A DNA stretch of 64,000 nt from a virus: positions 3,944 to 67,943 of the IMG/VR virus record IMGVR_UViG_3300025728_000145; one strand, given 5' to 3'. Under the pieces are notes generated by a model, which had not been told where the DNA came from, did not search any database, and was given only the letters and a program-made list of their open reading frames with translations. The position numbers were made by a program, and so were the translations under genes. Position 1 is the stretch's first letter. Each line of letters starts with the position of its first letter. Shown here piece after piece: positions 45,877-57,218 of the stretch.

Positions 45877-46287
45877 ATGATTATCACCGGAATCACAGTT
45901 CAGGAACTCATCGACGTAGTAGCAAAGCTCAACGCCGAAAGCTACAACGGCAACATCGTGATTGAGCGGGTAGAAGCACTATCCGCAACGGGTACGCGTA
46001 TCTCAGCAAAGCTGGGAACGAATGACAGCCGTGCTCACGGGTCACGCAGGTCAGCATCAGGCCGTCACGGCAAGTACCTTTGCTGGCACGGTTTCCGCGA
46101 CGTTTACCGCGCTTGCTTTGCGGTCAACCCTGCTGCACGTATCAAGTCCGGTCAGGTCGTCTACCGTGGCGCACAGCACTTCGAGGACACCTACGAGACG
46201 ACGGCGTACCAGAACATCGGGTCGATGGTTTCACCAACTTACATGCCCGAATGCTGCGTAGGAACCTGCAACGGCGACTTCGAATAA
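45877..46287 (+). CDS. Hypothetical early-region protein
   Basis: Own promoter and RBS; CWHG motif and C-terminal Cys cluster. Confidence 0.8.
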   Translation: MIITGITVQELIDVVAKLNAESYNGNIVIERVEALSATGTRISAKLGTNDSRAHGSRRSASGRHGKYLCWHGFRDVYRACFAVNPAARIKSGQVVYRGAQHFEDTYETTAYQNIGSMVSPTYMPECCVGTCNGDFE

Positions 46288-47482
46288 AAACTTTTCGTGG
46301 AGGGGTTGACGAAAGTCCCCCTCCACGATAGACTTTCATTAACAGCACAAACAACCAACAAAGGAGAAACACAATGCTGAAGCTCATTGAAAACGGCTGG
46401 AAGCTCGAACCCATCAACGGCAACTCCGGCGTGTACGTCGCAAGCCGTGGAGATTCCAACATCGTCTACGTCACCAACATTTGGGGCGAACTGGAACGGC
46501 GCTCGCAGAACTTCAAGAATCGCTTCGACGCACGGAATGAAGCGAAAGACATCGCCCGAGAGTTCGCAACACTCTAACCACTTCAAAAGTTTTACGTCTG
46601 GGAGGACACCATGGCTACACCGAAAGTCATCACCGCACTGATCGAAGACCGAGACAACTGGAAGGTAGGGGAAACTCCCTTCAAGGTCGAACTGAAAGGT
46701 CAAGCCGTTCCGGAAATCAAAGCCAAGCGGGTACAGAACTTGGCTACAGGAGCATTGTCGGTACAGATCATTGCACCCGTCACGTTCGCACTCTCGACAC
46801 TGGACAAGATTGCCCAGAACATCCTGACAGGCGCGAAGGTGCGAGAGTACCGAAAGGGTTCGGTCATCGTTCGGGAGTACAGCCGATGAGCTACATTGTA
46901 GTCAGGGCCGCAGAGAACGAGCGGACACGCCAGACCCTCGAACGGTACTTGTACGAAGGTCAGAAGATCGTAGGTGAGCCGGTAAGGTCCGAATTTGATT
47001 CACAATACTTTATCGTGGACACCGGAACGAACGATACCTACCGCAGCCAGTACATCACGGATCGCCTGAACTCAGGGCCGTTCGGTGCGAAGCTGTTCAC
47101 CAGTCTTCCAGAAGCTGAACTCTACATTCAGCGGGAACTCCGATAACTTCAAAAAACTTTTAGCCTAGGGTTGCGCGGTTGCGTTACCCTAGGCTATAGT
47201 TGTTTCAAGAGCAGGAACCGAAACGAAGAAAGGTAAGGCCATGAAAACGACTTGCAGCACAGAAGGACACTACTTCTACCGGACACTGAACACAGTAGCC
47301 CACAAGTGCACTTACTGCGCTGCACGTCGCTGGCCGTGGACACGCGAAAGCGTAGCTTCACTTCGAGCGGTAGCCGTTCTTCGACTGGCCTCAAAGAATC
47401 CAGCTTTTGCAGCAAAGTTGCTCAAAGCAAATTGATAGTGTAAACTGAGAGAGTAATATCCAGTCTAGTGAAAGGAACCGCC

Positions 47483-48130
47483 ATGCTGAAAGCATTAGGA
47501 GTGGCCGCAGTAATTGCGCTCGCAGGAACCACGGCTGCACCAGCCCAAGCTGCTGTGGCACCCGTGACACTGGCACCAGTCGCCGTAGCATCTACCGTAG
47601 CTGTTGAAGCTGCACCGGACGCTGTAGTGACGTTTGAAAGTCCCGAGGTAGAAACTGTCGCTGCACCAGAAGAAGTAACCCCAGTGGTTGCTGAACCTGT
47701 TGTAACCGAACCAGTTACAGAGCCTACAACGGAACCGACACCGGAGCCGGTAACGATCTTGCCAACTCCAGTAGCACCTGTTGAAAATATTTCAACGCCA
47801 ACAGTTGGGGGAACTGTGACAGAAGAAGCAACACCCGAGGTAGTTGAGGAACCGGCAACGGTGCCCGAAACTCCCGCCGAACCACCAGTAATCGAGGAAC
47901 CTGTGGTAACACCCGAAGACACAACCGCAATTGAAATGTTTGAAGGAACGAGCGAAGACTTCAAGCCCGAAGGCGGAACGTACATCGGAACCTACAAGGG
48001 TCCAAAAGATATCTGGACAGGTGAAGGCAAGGTTGCTGTAAAGGGCACCATGACGACCACAGTTGACGGTAATCCCAACAACATGGCCGAAAGTAACATC
48101 CTTTACTTCTGGCACGTCTACACCATCTAA
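47483..48130 (+). CDS. Secreted Pro/Thr/Glu/Val-rich protein
   Basis: Signal peptide ending AQA; low-complexity EPVVTEPVTEPTTEPTPEP linker. Confidence 0.75.
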   Translation: MLKALGVAAVIALAGTTAAPAQAAVAPVTLAPVAVASTVAVEAAPDAVVTFESPEVETVAAPEEVTPVVAEPVVTEPVTEPTTEPTPEPVTILPTPVAPVENISTPTVGGTVTEEATPEVVEEPATVPETPAEPPVIEEPVVTPEDTTAIEMFEGTSEDFKPEGGTYIGTYKGPKDIWTGEGKVAVKGTMTTTVDGNPNNMAESNILYFWHVYTI

Positions 48131-49084
48131 AAGTCATAGTCTAGGACTTGCCTATTGGGGGAGTCCTAGGCTATGCTTGCTCTACAGGCAAGAACAGAAC
48201 AACCTAGGAGTTAGCATGTCTTTCATTATCGAATACTCGTCCATCGAAGACGACGCAGAAGACGGCGGCATGGGTGAGAAGCTGGTCAAGCTGACCGAAC
48301 CGCGTGTGTACGGGTACACGAAGGAGGAACGTGACGCAGTGAAGGCCGGTAAAGCTGGCAAGGGCACACACTTCAAGCTGTACGACGACGACGGCAACTG
48401 CTACTACACTGGCAAATACTTTGGTGACGCTGATTCGGAAGAAGCTTTCGAGCCGCTGGAATGGGGTTACGGGGAAGGGTGCACGCACATCAAGTACCGT
48501 CAGAAAGACGGAACCTACGAAGTTCTGTAGGGGAAAAGATTTTTAGGGGCTGGCCTTGACGGGCTGGCCCCTTTGTCTTAGACTAGAGTTATCACCGACC
48601 CAAGGAGTGAAAGTGAAGGTAGAAATGGTACGGCCCAGAGCAATCAAGGTAGGCGCAACGATCAAGGTTCGCCCGGAGTGCTTCAACCTCACGGGACTGC
48701 CAGAATCGGCGCGTGGAGAGTTGAGGGTGGACGAGTACGGTTCCAACTGGAACGGACGCTACACCTTGGAAGTGTCGAACCGAGAAGGTGACTGCTTCAA
48801 CGTCATGGAGTCCGAGGTAATCGAGATTCGCCCGTAGTAAAAATTTTAGCGGGGTCAGTTGAGAGACTGGCCCCGCCTTATCATTAGGAGTAGAAGTGAA
48901 GACTGCACAGGAACGTAGTGAAATGTTTGATCGGGCACTGGAGCTTACGGCCGTTGACCGGGCCGAGTTGTCGGTTAGAAAATTTTTCAAGGGGGCTTAT
49001 GCACCTCCAGTCGTGGTGCTGGTAAGTTTTGGAGCACTGGGTGCAGTTCAAGGATTCATCCAGCGTACATTCTAGGGGGCCGAG

Positions 49085-49549
49085 GTGGCTGTAACTAAAC
49101 AAGGCATCAAACGGCGCGTAGCGGCCCTGATGGTCGACTTTGGGGTAAAGGGCTACACTGTCCGTGTTGGGCGCTCAAAAGGCGGATCATGGGCGCATTG
49201 TGACTATGTGAAGCGGGAGATAGTCATGAGTTCCAGTCTTTTGAGTTGCGACTGGGTATTTATCAACCAGATTGCCATCCACGAAGTAGCCCATGCTTTC
49301 GTAGGCCCGAAAGTCACGGCTCACGGTAGGGACTGGCTAAAGACTGCCCGATCAATGGGGTACAGGTTGGGCGTAAAGGTGCCTAGGGGCGAACCGATCA
49401 AGGGGGAGCATAAATGGGTAGCCGTGTGTGAGACAGGGCTTCACAGCGCTATCAGATTCGAAAAGAAAGCAGAAGACGGCGTGTTGCTATGTCGTCCGTG
49501 CTGGGATAGTGGGTCAGGAGAAGTCAGGGTGTTCTGGGACAGGCTCTAA
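49085..49549 (+). CDS. SprT-like zinc metalloprotease domain protein
   Basis: WAHC..IHEVAHAFVG....HGRDW; C-terminal C/H/CxxC. Confidence 0.8.
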   Translation: MAVTKQGIKRRVAALMVDFGVKGYTVRVGRSKGGSWAHCDYVKREIVMSSSLLSCDWVFINQIAIHEVAHAFVGPKVTAHGRDWLKTARSMGYRLGVKVPRGEPIKGEHKWVAVCETGLHSAIRFEKKAEDGVLLCRPCWDSGSGEVRVFWDRL

Positions 49550-49623
49550 GGGGCCTAGGAGCGCCTATAACGGCGAGCGCTAGTGATTGAGCCTTGAAAG
49601 AATTTAAGGCCGTTAGAAACGAA

Positions 49624-49654
49624 AATAGCCCCCACCTGATGGTGAGGGCTATTT
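49624..49654. terminator. Bidirectional terminator at convergence of the cassette arrays
   Basis: AAATAGCCC-ccacctgatggtga-GGGCTATTT between convergent genes. Confidence 0.75.
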
Positions 49655-49662
49655 GCTTTGGT

Positions 49663-51428
49663 CTAGAGTTCATCCTGCTGAAATGTCCAGTATCCTAGTG
49701 ACTTACCTGAATCGTCACGATTCTTGATCTTGGTCCATCCCCTGTCGTCAAGCTGGTCTACTGAATCTTGACCGCCGAGACGAAGCACCCGTTCGTATGC
49801 TTCATTGTTCTGCATGTCGGCCATGCGGCGCTTAGCGAGTTCCGCGTATTCACCGTTGATTGCCGGAGTGTAGAAGAGCTTCATTTCAGTTCCTTTGTTC
49901 GTTGTTCCTGCTGATAAAACAAGACTACGGCCTAACTCTCGTGGAGTCAAGCCGTAGTCTAAGAAAGTTTTTGATTAGTTGGTGGAGAGGATCTGGATTA
50001 CGAGAGTGTCTGAGGTGAGGCCGGTCTTGAAGCCACGGACGAAGTTGGTGTTAGCTGCGGCGACCATTGCAGCACCGTCGTAAGCGAGAGACAGGAACTT
50101 GAGGTATTCGTTGGTCTCGGTAACGTCATCGAGGTCTACAACGAAGATATCGTTAGCCTTGAGTTCGCCAACAGTGGTGAAGTGGACCTGAGCGGAGTTT
50201 GCAGACATTTTCGGTTCCTTTAGTTGTTTCTTGCTGATGTAGATAGTCTATGGGGTGTTTGGGCAAAAGTAAAGCCCTACCGGAGTAGGGCTTCAAAGTT
50301 TTTACAGGGTTTCAAAATCTTCCGAGTCAAGCTCGAACGGGTGAGTTCCGCCATTCACTGTGTAGTCCGACTGTCCGGACCTATCCGTCTGGCTGTAGCG
50401 CTCGCAGTCTCCAACTTCAAGGATAAGGGGGTAGGTTCCGTATGTGTCTACGTGAGATTCGATTGTTTCATAGGCCGTGACGTCATAGCCTGCAACAGTG
50501 ACGACAGAACCAGACTTGACGACATCAATGTACCCGTTTTCATCTTCAACTTCAAGGTCAATCATGAGCTTGATCTGTGAGCCAATGGCTGGGATGTTCA
50601 GGGATTCCATGTTTTCATTCCTTTGTTCGTTGCTGATGTATCTAGTCTAAGGTCTTTGTTGGCGGGTGTCAAGCTGGGATGAAAAGTTTTTGAGCAAAAG
50701 AAAAGGCCCCGTAGGGCCTATCCTTAGTTGTTCGGGAATCGGGAGTCAAATTCTTCATCTGGAAGAATGGTCCACACGGGTTCAGCTTCCCGGCACTCTG
50801 TGCAGTAGGTTGTGGGGCCGTCGTCTGCACCGTAGCTGAAAACGTCGTGTTCGCCAGTTTCCGTGCAGATGGAGCCGGTACGGTCCTTAGTTGCGAAGTG
50901 TGCCATTTTCTTTCCTTTGTTTGTTCCTGCTGTTGATACAAGTCTAGGGCATAGCCGCGTGGATTGCAACCATGCCCTAGAAAAGTTTTTTGATTAGTCG
51001 TTTTCAGTCTGGCACTGCGGGTAGCTCCACATGTTCCATTCGGAGCCGTGATCGTGTGCGAAATACTCTGCGGAGCACTCATCGATGATCCCAGTGGCGT
51101 GTGCTACCTCATGGAGCAGGATGTGAGCGCCCTCAGGGGTGTTGTAGACCTGCGGTGAGACAATCACAGCAGTGTATCCCTCAACAGTAAGGAACGTGCA
51201 GCCACCGCCCGTACCAGTGGGGCTGATCTTAGAGCCACAGTTCTGATCCTCAGTGAAGAACAGGCGAGTGTTGGCAGGGAGTGACAGGCCAGCCTTGTCA
51301 AGGACACCCTGTTCCCAGCTAACTACCTGAGTGACAGGTGAAGGAGCAGGAGTCTCAACCTCAGCAACCTGAGAGGGGAAGAGGCCAGCAAAGATAGAGA
51401 CGATGAGGGCGAAGATTGAGGCGTACAT
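49663..51428 (-). other. Five minus-strand monocistronic genes, each with its own promoter
   Basis: ORFs with lower coordinates 49663, 49975, 50302, 50724 and 50994; each preceded by AAAACTTT..TTG/TTT-17-TAGACT/TAGTCT and an AAC..AAAGGA leader. Confidence 0.85.
50994..51428 (-). CDS. Secreted/membrane HEXXH metallopeptidase-like protein
   Basis: N-terminal hydrophobic signal; ILLHEVAHATGIIDECSAEYFA. Confidence 0.7.
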   Translation of the reverse strand: MYASIFALIVSIFAGLFPSQVAEVETPAPSPVTQVVSWEQGVLDKAGLSLPANTRLFFTEDQNCGSKISPTGTGGGCTFLTVEGYTAVIVSPQVYNTPEGAHILLHEVAHATGIIDECSAEYFAHDHGSEWNMWSYPQCQTEND

Positions 51429-54400
51429 TGTGTGTCCTTTGTTCGTTGGTATGTAGATAGTCTATGACACATAGAGGTATGAGTCAACTCATGACAAAGA
51501 AATCTTTTGAGAAAAGTTTTCATGACTCATTGAGTGAAATGTCTTGACAATATGAATCAAAAAGAATATTCGCGTGTGTATGCACGTGGATGCATAGGTA
51601 AAAAGTTTTAAAATATTTTATTTGAGCATTTGACTTGATTGGGTGGATTGTGGTAGGCTAAGGGTATGCGGAGGCTTTCTCGAAACTTTTAGGGGTGCCA
51701 CCTCAGACTGAGCACTAGGTCGCTCACCGAAATAGCTAAAAAATACTTAACATACCGATTTGCACCTTTAAGTAAACCATGCTAAACTATCAAAAACCAC
51801 CAACCTAAGGAGAACCAATGTCTTTCGCTTCAGACCTTCACGCCCAATACGTCACCCTCATGGAGCAATACGAACTCAAAGTCGAACGCCTTGTAGACAG
51901 GTGGATCGAGATTCAGGTCCAGATGGGTAAGCTGAACTCCGAAGCCATCCATCAATTCTTCATTCCGTATGAGTTTAGCCACGATGACACCAAGCTTGGA
52001 TTCAGGACTCTTGACCCTGAACAGGACTATTACGGAGCAAAAATCATCTACATCCCAACTGCATACTTCGAAGACCAAACCCCTTACGAAGAAGCCCTGA
52101 AGAACCACCTAGATCAGGTCGAGAAGAACAAGCAGTCCGCCAAGCGCCGCATGACACAGCAGCAAGTCGATTCCCTTGAACGCCAACTCGCCCAAGCCAA
52201 GGCCCAACTTGCGGGAATCCCAAAGAACGGATAGACTCTCCCCATGAATACACGAGTCTCCCGCCAAATCCAGCAAATGGCTTCAGCCCTGAACTGCACC
52301 TACAAGGTTGCCCAACTCTTCCGGCACCTCCACGTCAAGGCAAAGAAACTTCAAACACAGATAGACAAGCAAGCAGAGCAGATCAATTTCCTCACCGATC
52401 TTCTCCGAAACAACGAAGTACACGAGTCCACCTGTTCGATCCCACGAGCAATCGCGCATAACCGTCTGGGTATGTCCTACATGATCCCTCAGCCCTGTGA
52501 CTGCTGGCTCTCGGTTGACATCTCAGACACCACCCTGTAGACTGTCCGTATGGAATCCCAAGACTCTGCGCTCTTCAGCGCCCTCAATCAAGAACTGCAC
52601 TTCCTTCGGCGTATCATCTTCGCCAACCGCCTTCATGAGCCGGATTGCACTGCCTTCTCCCCACCTGAGAACTCAGGATTTCCTTTTGCATCCTTTGGTC
52701 GTTCATACTGTGACTGCTGGATTTCCCGCAACAACCCGGAACCAGACCCGACCAAGGGCTACGCGATCTACGAGAAGGCCACGGAAAGCCTCGAAAACAT
52801 CCTTTTCCGGTCCCGAGCCGCCGCAGTTGACTATCTCACGGAAGAATATGGCTTCTCGCGGGACTCAAAGTCCGATAGGTACTGGGAAAATACGTATCTC
52901 GTTATCGAAGCCAAGGCAAAAGAGGTAGAACCACCTCCCACGTCCTTCAAAATCATGCCCAAGCGATACGGAGCGCCCTCATGGACCGGAGAAACCATCC
53001 ATCCGACTCGTGAAGCAGCCATTGAAGAGCTAACAAAAGACAAAAACCTCCACTCCACCCACGAAATGGCCGATAAGTACTGGGGCCACACGTGGAACAT
53101 CGTAGAAAACAAGGAGAATTAATGAAAATCAAGATCAAAGACCTTGAAACCTTCGCAACAGACCTCGAAGAGATGTATGGTACCATGGAACGCCTCTCAA
53201 ATAAGGGTATCCCATCGGAACATTCCGTTTATCAAGACCTTCTGGAGGCCACAATCCAGATGAACATCGAACTCATCCCCGACGAACCGGAAATCCCACA
53301 ATCCAAGACCCACATTGGATGGATTATCTGGTACAACCCCGGATCAAGGCAGTCTTTTGAGTTTGACGAGCTATACAGCAGTAAAGAGTCAGCCCAACTC
53401 GATATTGATCAGGTCAATAAGGCGTATCCACAAGAGGCCGACGACAACAAGTACTCAATCAAGGAAGTTTTCATCTAAATGGCACTCATCCCACCTTCAG
53501 AAACCCCGATTTATGACGAACTTGCCACAAAATACAACGCCAAGGCGCTCTATGAGCAGGTTTTCGTAGCAACCGACGAAGATCTCCCTCCGATTGAGCC
53601 TCTGGGAGTCAACATTGGCACGAACTGATCCCATTATGCTTACTCCCGTCCAACGATATCTCTCTGCCCTTGCCCGTATGGCCGAATTGGCCGAAAATGA
53701 CCAAGAACTTCCCGCAGCAGAGACCGTCATCCACCTGAACTCGATGCTGACCGCCTGTGCTGAGCTTATCCGGGAAAATGACCTTCTCAGCGCCCAACTG
53801 CGTTCCGCAGACACCTACATCGCAGAACTTGAGATCGATAACGCCGTAAAGGACATCGAAATCTTCAATTTTGACAGCACAAAGGGCCAAAATGAGTAAA
53901 AATTACGAAGAAAAGGAAAAGAATGACTAACCTCACCCCTCAGCAAATCCTCGCCATCCCCATGCAGGACAACGACGCCAAGGCCAAGACCATCTACCAG
54001 TACCTCCAAGCTATTTCGCGTAGGGTCTGGATCGAGAGTGAAGGATTCTCTGGTAAGCGTCCGTTCGGCAACTCCGGATGGGAGCATGATCTTTACATTG
54101 CTCTCGCCAAGGCTGGGGCCATTCAGTCTGAATACGATGAGGAAATAGAAGAGTTTACCGACTACGATACCTCAACCGCTGACATCCTCATTAATCAGGC
54201 TCTCGACTTCCTAGAAAACGCAGACCCTCTCTCCATCCAGCTTCCTCCGGAGCCTACAGAGTACTGGGTTGCCCGACTAATTGTGGAGTCAGGACACGAA
54301 GATTACGGTCCTGCTCTCTGGGGGCCGTTCACGGAAAAAGAAGCCAAAGTACGACTAATTGAGAAGCAAAGGCTCCTATCAAAAATGACCTATAAGGTTC

Positions 54401-54461
54401 TCCACATTCCCACTTAATTCTCAAACAACCATTCCACATCTGATATACTAAATAAACCACG

Positions 54462-54497
54462 AAAAGACGCTCCCACCAAGGGGCGTCTTTTCTTTTT
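54462..54497 (+). terminator. Intrinsic terminator
   Basis: AAAAGACGCTCC-caccaa-GGGGCGTCTTTTCTTTTT. Confidence 0.85.
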
Positions 54498-54522
54498 GTA
54501 GATTAGATTAGGAGGGCATCTA

Positions 54523-54858
54523 GTGGACAAGTTTTTAGAGCTTCTAGGAACCGCTGGAATCCCGAGTGGCTTTGTAGGAGTCTGTCTAACTCTACTGTTC
54601 TACGTACGTAGGCAGGAAGCCGGGGTTAGGACAGATATCAACGGCTCGCTCCAACGTCTGACTGCTGAGAAACTTGATCTGAATGATGAAATCGATGCTC
54701 TGAAGGATGAACTCCAAAAGAAAGAGTCCGAGATCGACCTTCTACGTAAAGAACGTAGGGAAGCTGAAGATCGTGAAGACGAATTTAGGCGTCGTGCCAA
54801 GGCGCTTGAGGCAAAGGTTGCCTCACTTGAGGCTAAACTAGGAGACAGTGATGAATGA
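54523..54858 (+). CDS. Membrane-anchored coiled-coil protein (lysis-cassette type)
   Basis: N-terminal TM followed by long heptad repeat. Confidence 0.7.
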   Translation: MDKFLELLGTAGIPSGFVGVCLTLLFYVRRQEAGVRTDINGSLQRLTAEKLDLNDEIDALKDELQKKESEIDLLRKERREAEDREDEFRRRAKALEAKVASLEAKLGDSDE

Positions 54859-55801
54859 GGACACACATAGCGAGTCCGCCCTTGAATTAAGGGTACGTCA
54901 GCTTAAGAAATATATGACTCTAGGAATCATCGGTCTGCTGGTTTTGGGGATTTTGCAGATTTTCTATACGGCTTCCGTAAAGCAGAATGAAACAAACGCC
55001 CTTACCAATTCACAGGTCCAAGCTCAAACGACGAAGGATTCTACGATTTGTCAGACTTTCCCGGACGATGACCTGTGTACATTGGCTGAAGAGGTTTTGG
55101 CGGACCCCAAGCAGACAATTACACCAAAGGATGGTTCCAACGGTACAAACGGAACCAACGGAAAGAACGGTTCCGATGGTCGCGGTGTAACGAAGTTCGA
55201 TATTGTCAATGGCAACCTTGTTGTCCAGTACACGGACGGCGTTGAGCAGACCATTGGAAAGGTTGTCGGCAGGGACGGTGTTGCGGGAGCAACTGGCGCT
55301 ACGGGTGCCAAGGGAGAGACTGGGGTCAGCGGTAAAGATGGCCGTGGAATCCTCTCTACTGGACTGGAATCAGGGTCTTTGATCGTGAGGTACAGTGACG
55401 GCACGACAGAGAACCTAGGATACGTTGTCGGACCTGCTGGAGCCAATGGTGCGGACGGAGCACCGGGTAAGGATGGTGTCGGAACAACCGGGGCCACCGG
55501 GGCAACTGGTCCCCAAGGAGAGCAAGGCCCACAGGGTGTTGCTGGTCCTCCGGGGACAAACGGAATTTCCATCACGGATGTTCAGGTGGACAATACCGGG
55601 ACAGTTGTTGTTTATTACTCCAACAATACCAGTGCAGTTGCCGGTAAGGTAATTGTCAGTTCCATTACATCCATGGTCTGTGATCCAAATACCGATATCC
55701 TGACTATTACCATTTCCGATGGCACAGCATTTACGACGACCGTCGATTGTAGTCCAGATATTTTGCCAGCAGCACCAAACCCATCAACACTAATGAAGTA
55801 A
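54848..55801 (+). CDS. Membrane-anchored collagen-like (GXX) repeat protein
   Basis: TM; three GXX blocks, each followed by a GRG/GIS..L(V/I)VxYxDG-type module. Confidence 0.85.
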   Translation: MMNEDTHSESALELRVRQLKKYMTLGIIGLLVLGILQIFYTASVKQNETNALTNSQVQAQTTKDSTICQTFPDDDLCTLAEEVLADPKQTITPKDGSNGTNGTNGKNGSDGRGVTKFDIVNGNLVVQYTDGVEQTIGKVVGRDGVAGATGATGAKGETGVSGKDGRGILSTGLESGSLIVRYSDGTTENLGYVVGPAGANGADGAPGKDGVGTTGATGATGPQGEQGPQGVAGPPGTNGISITDVQVDNTGTVVVYYSNNTSAVAGKVIVSSITSMVCDPNTDILTITISDGTAFTTTVDCSPDILPAAPNPSTLMK

Positions 55802-55809
55802 GGAATCTC

Positions 55810-56247
55810 ATGGAAATTATTACAGTAGGAACGATCCTGTTCACACTGCTTCTTCCATTCATCAACGCATGGATCAACAAGGTCACGTGGTCTCCGAAAA
55901 CAAAGTCACTTGTGGCTCTCGGAACCTCCATTGTGATTGCTGTGGTCTATGTCCTTCTCACTGGCGGTATCGCGAACCTTGATCAACTGTGGCTGGCCAT
56001 CCCCGCCATTTATGGTGCATCCCAAGCGGTCTTCCAATTCCTTGTGAAGAACATTGCCACGAAGTTTGAGGCCATCACCACGAAGGACGCAGCAGTTATC
56101 GCACCGGCAGACACAGCAGGTACGGTAACAGTCACTACGGATGAGACGATCAAGGCCGAGACGGACACCACCCCTGTTCCGACTCCGGTCCAAATCACCA
56201 CCCCCGAGACAGTCGAGATCACCAAAGACCCCGACGTAAAGGGCTAA
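55810..56247 (+). CDS. Putative holin
   Basis: Three hydrophobic segments with actinophage-holin-like LLPFINAWI..WS.K.K and YGASQAVF; terminator at 56262-88. Confidence 0.65.
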   Translation: MEIITVGTILFTLLLPFINAWINKVTWSPKTKSLVALGTSIVIAVVYVLLTGGIANLDQLWLAIPAIYGASQAVFQFLVKNIATKFEAITTKDAAVIAPADTAGTVTVTTDETIKAETDTTPVPTPVQITTPETVEITKDPDVKG

Positions 56248-57218
56248 CACCTACCAACCAGAAGGCACCCCCACAAAGGGTGCCTTTTGCGTTTCCACTC
56301 GAAAAGTGTTAGAATATTTTCATGTTCACTTACACACTTCAAACCCCTGACCACGGATATGATTTTATCCCTGACCCTCTTGACGCCAACGTCGTCCGTG
56401 TCAAGTCCGAGTTCAAGGACTCCATCGAAGAGTTCATCAACACGCTTGAGCTTGCCGGTTTCTCACAGTCCGAGAGGGACAAGGATGGCTGGACCGATCC
56501 CAGCGATCTCACACGTCTCCAGAATCTTACCATCGAAGAGGCCGACAACGACTACGACCACTACTACTTCATCGACATCCAGAAGGCAGACCTCGCGCTC
56601 TTCCTCCAGTTCGAAGTCCTCAACTACATGGGAGCATCCTTTGGTAACTAAGAACACTACAGTACAGGGAGTCAACGTCTCGGAGAAGTCCGAACTTACC
56701 CTCTACTCCCTGATTGCTATCTGCGTTGCCCTGATTCTTGGTGTCGTTGGCCTCCTTCCCGGATTGGCGGCTGTAGGCTCTCTCGGTATCATCTTCGCCC
56801 TCGCAGCAGTCCTGCTGGGTGTCCTCTCCCTGAGGGAGATTCTGTAGTGCCAAAGAACTACATTGACCTCCGCATTGTCCTCTCCTACGGAGAGCCTGAA
56901 GTAACCTACGCCGACGAGACGGAAGTAGAAAGCTACCGGTTTCTTGAAGGAGCTAAGATCAAGGTCTCCCGCACCAAGGGTCTCACCCCTCTTGAAGTAG
57001 AGTGTGTGGCAGAAGTCTTTGGACAGTCAGACAAGTACCAGATCATGCTTGTCAATGACTCGATCCAAGCCATTTCTGATGAAGCCGAACGTCAGGCCAA
57101 CAAGGAAGCCGAGGACATCCGTCTCGGATATCGCTACCCAATCCAGCACCCTAGGGATTGACATTCTCGCGTTCCTCCTGTAGTCTAATATCACCAAACA
57201 CCGACTATAGGAGGAATC

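Larger units (their letters stand above)
41990..48885 (+). promoter_or_regulatory. Array of about 13 AAAACTTTT/hairpin/promoter cassette heads
   Basis: -35 boxes at 42012, 42999, 43331, 43744, 44385, 44782, 45515, 45811, 46306, 47171, 48148, 48556, 48859; mostly TAGACT -10; ACCAAC leader then GGAGG. Confidence 0.9.

Noticed and set aside
47422-47985. Minus-strand Ser/Gly/Thr-rich ORF
   Set aside because: Antisense of the P/T/E-rich secreted protein
41990-51530. CRISPR array or integron cassette array
   Set aside because: Repeats are not identical, spacers are whole genes, there are no GTTRRRY/RYYYAAC attC cores, and no cas or integrase gene is in the window
55051-55575. Minus-strand Pro-rich ORF
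   Set aside because: Antisense of the collagen GXX repeats
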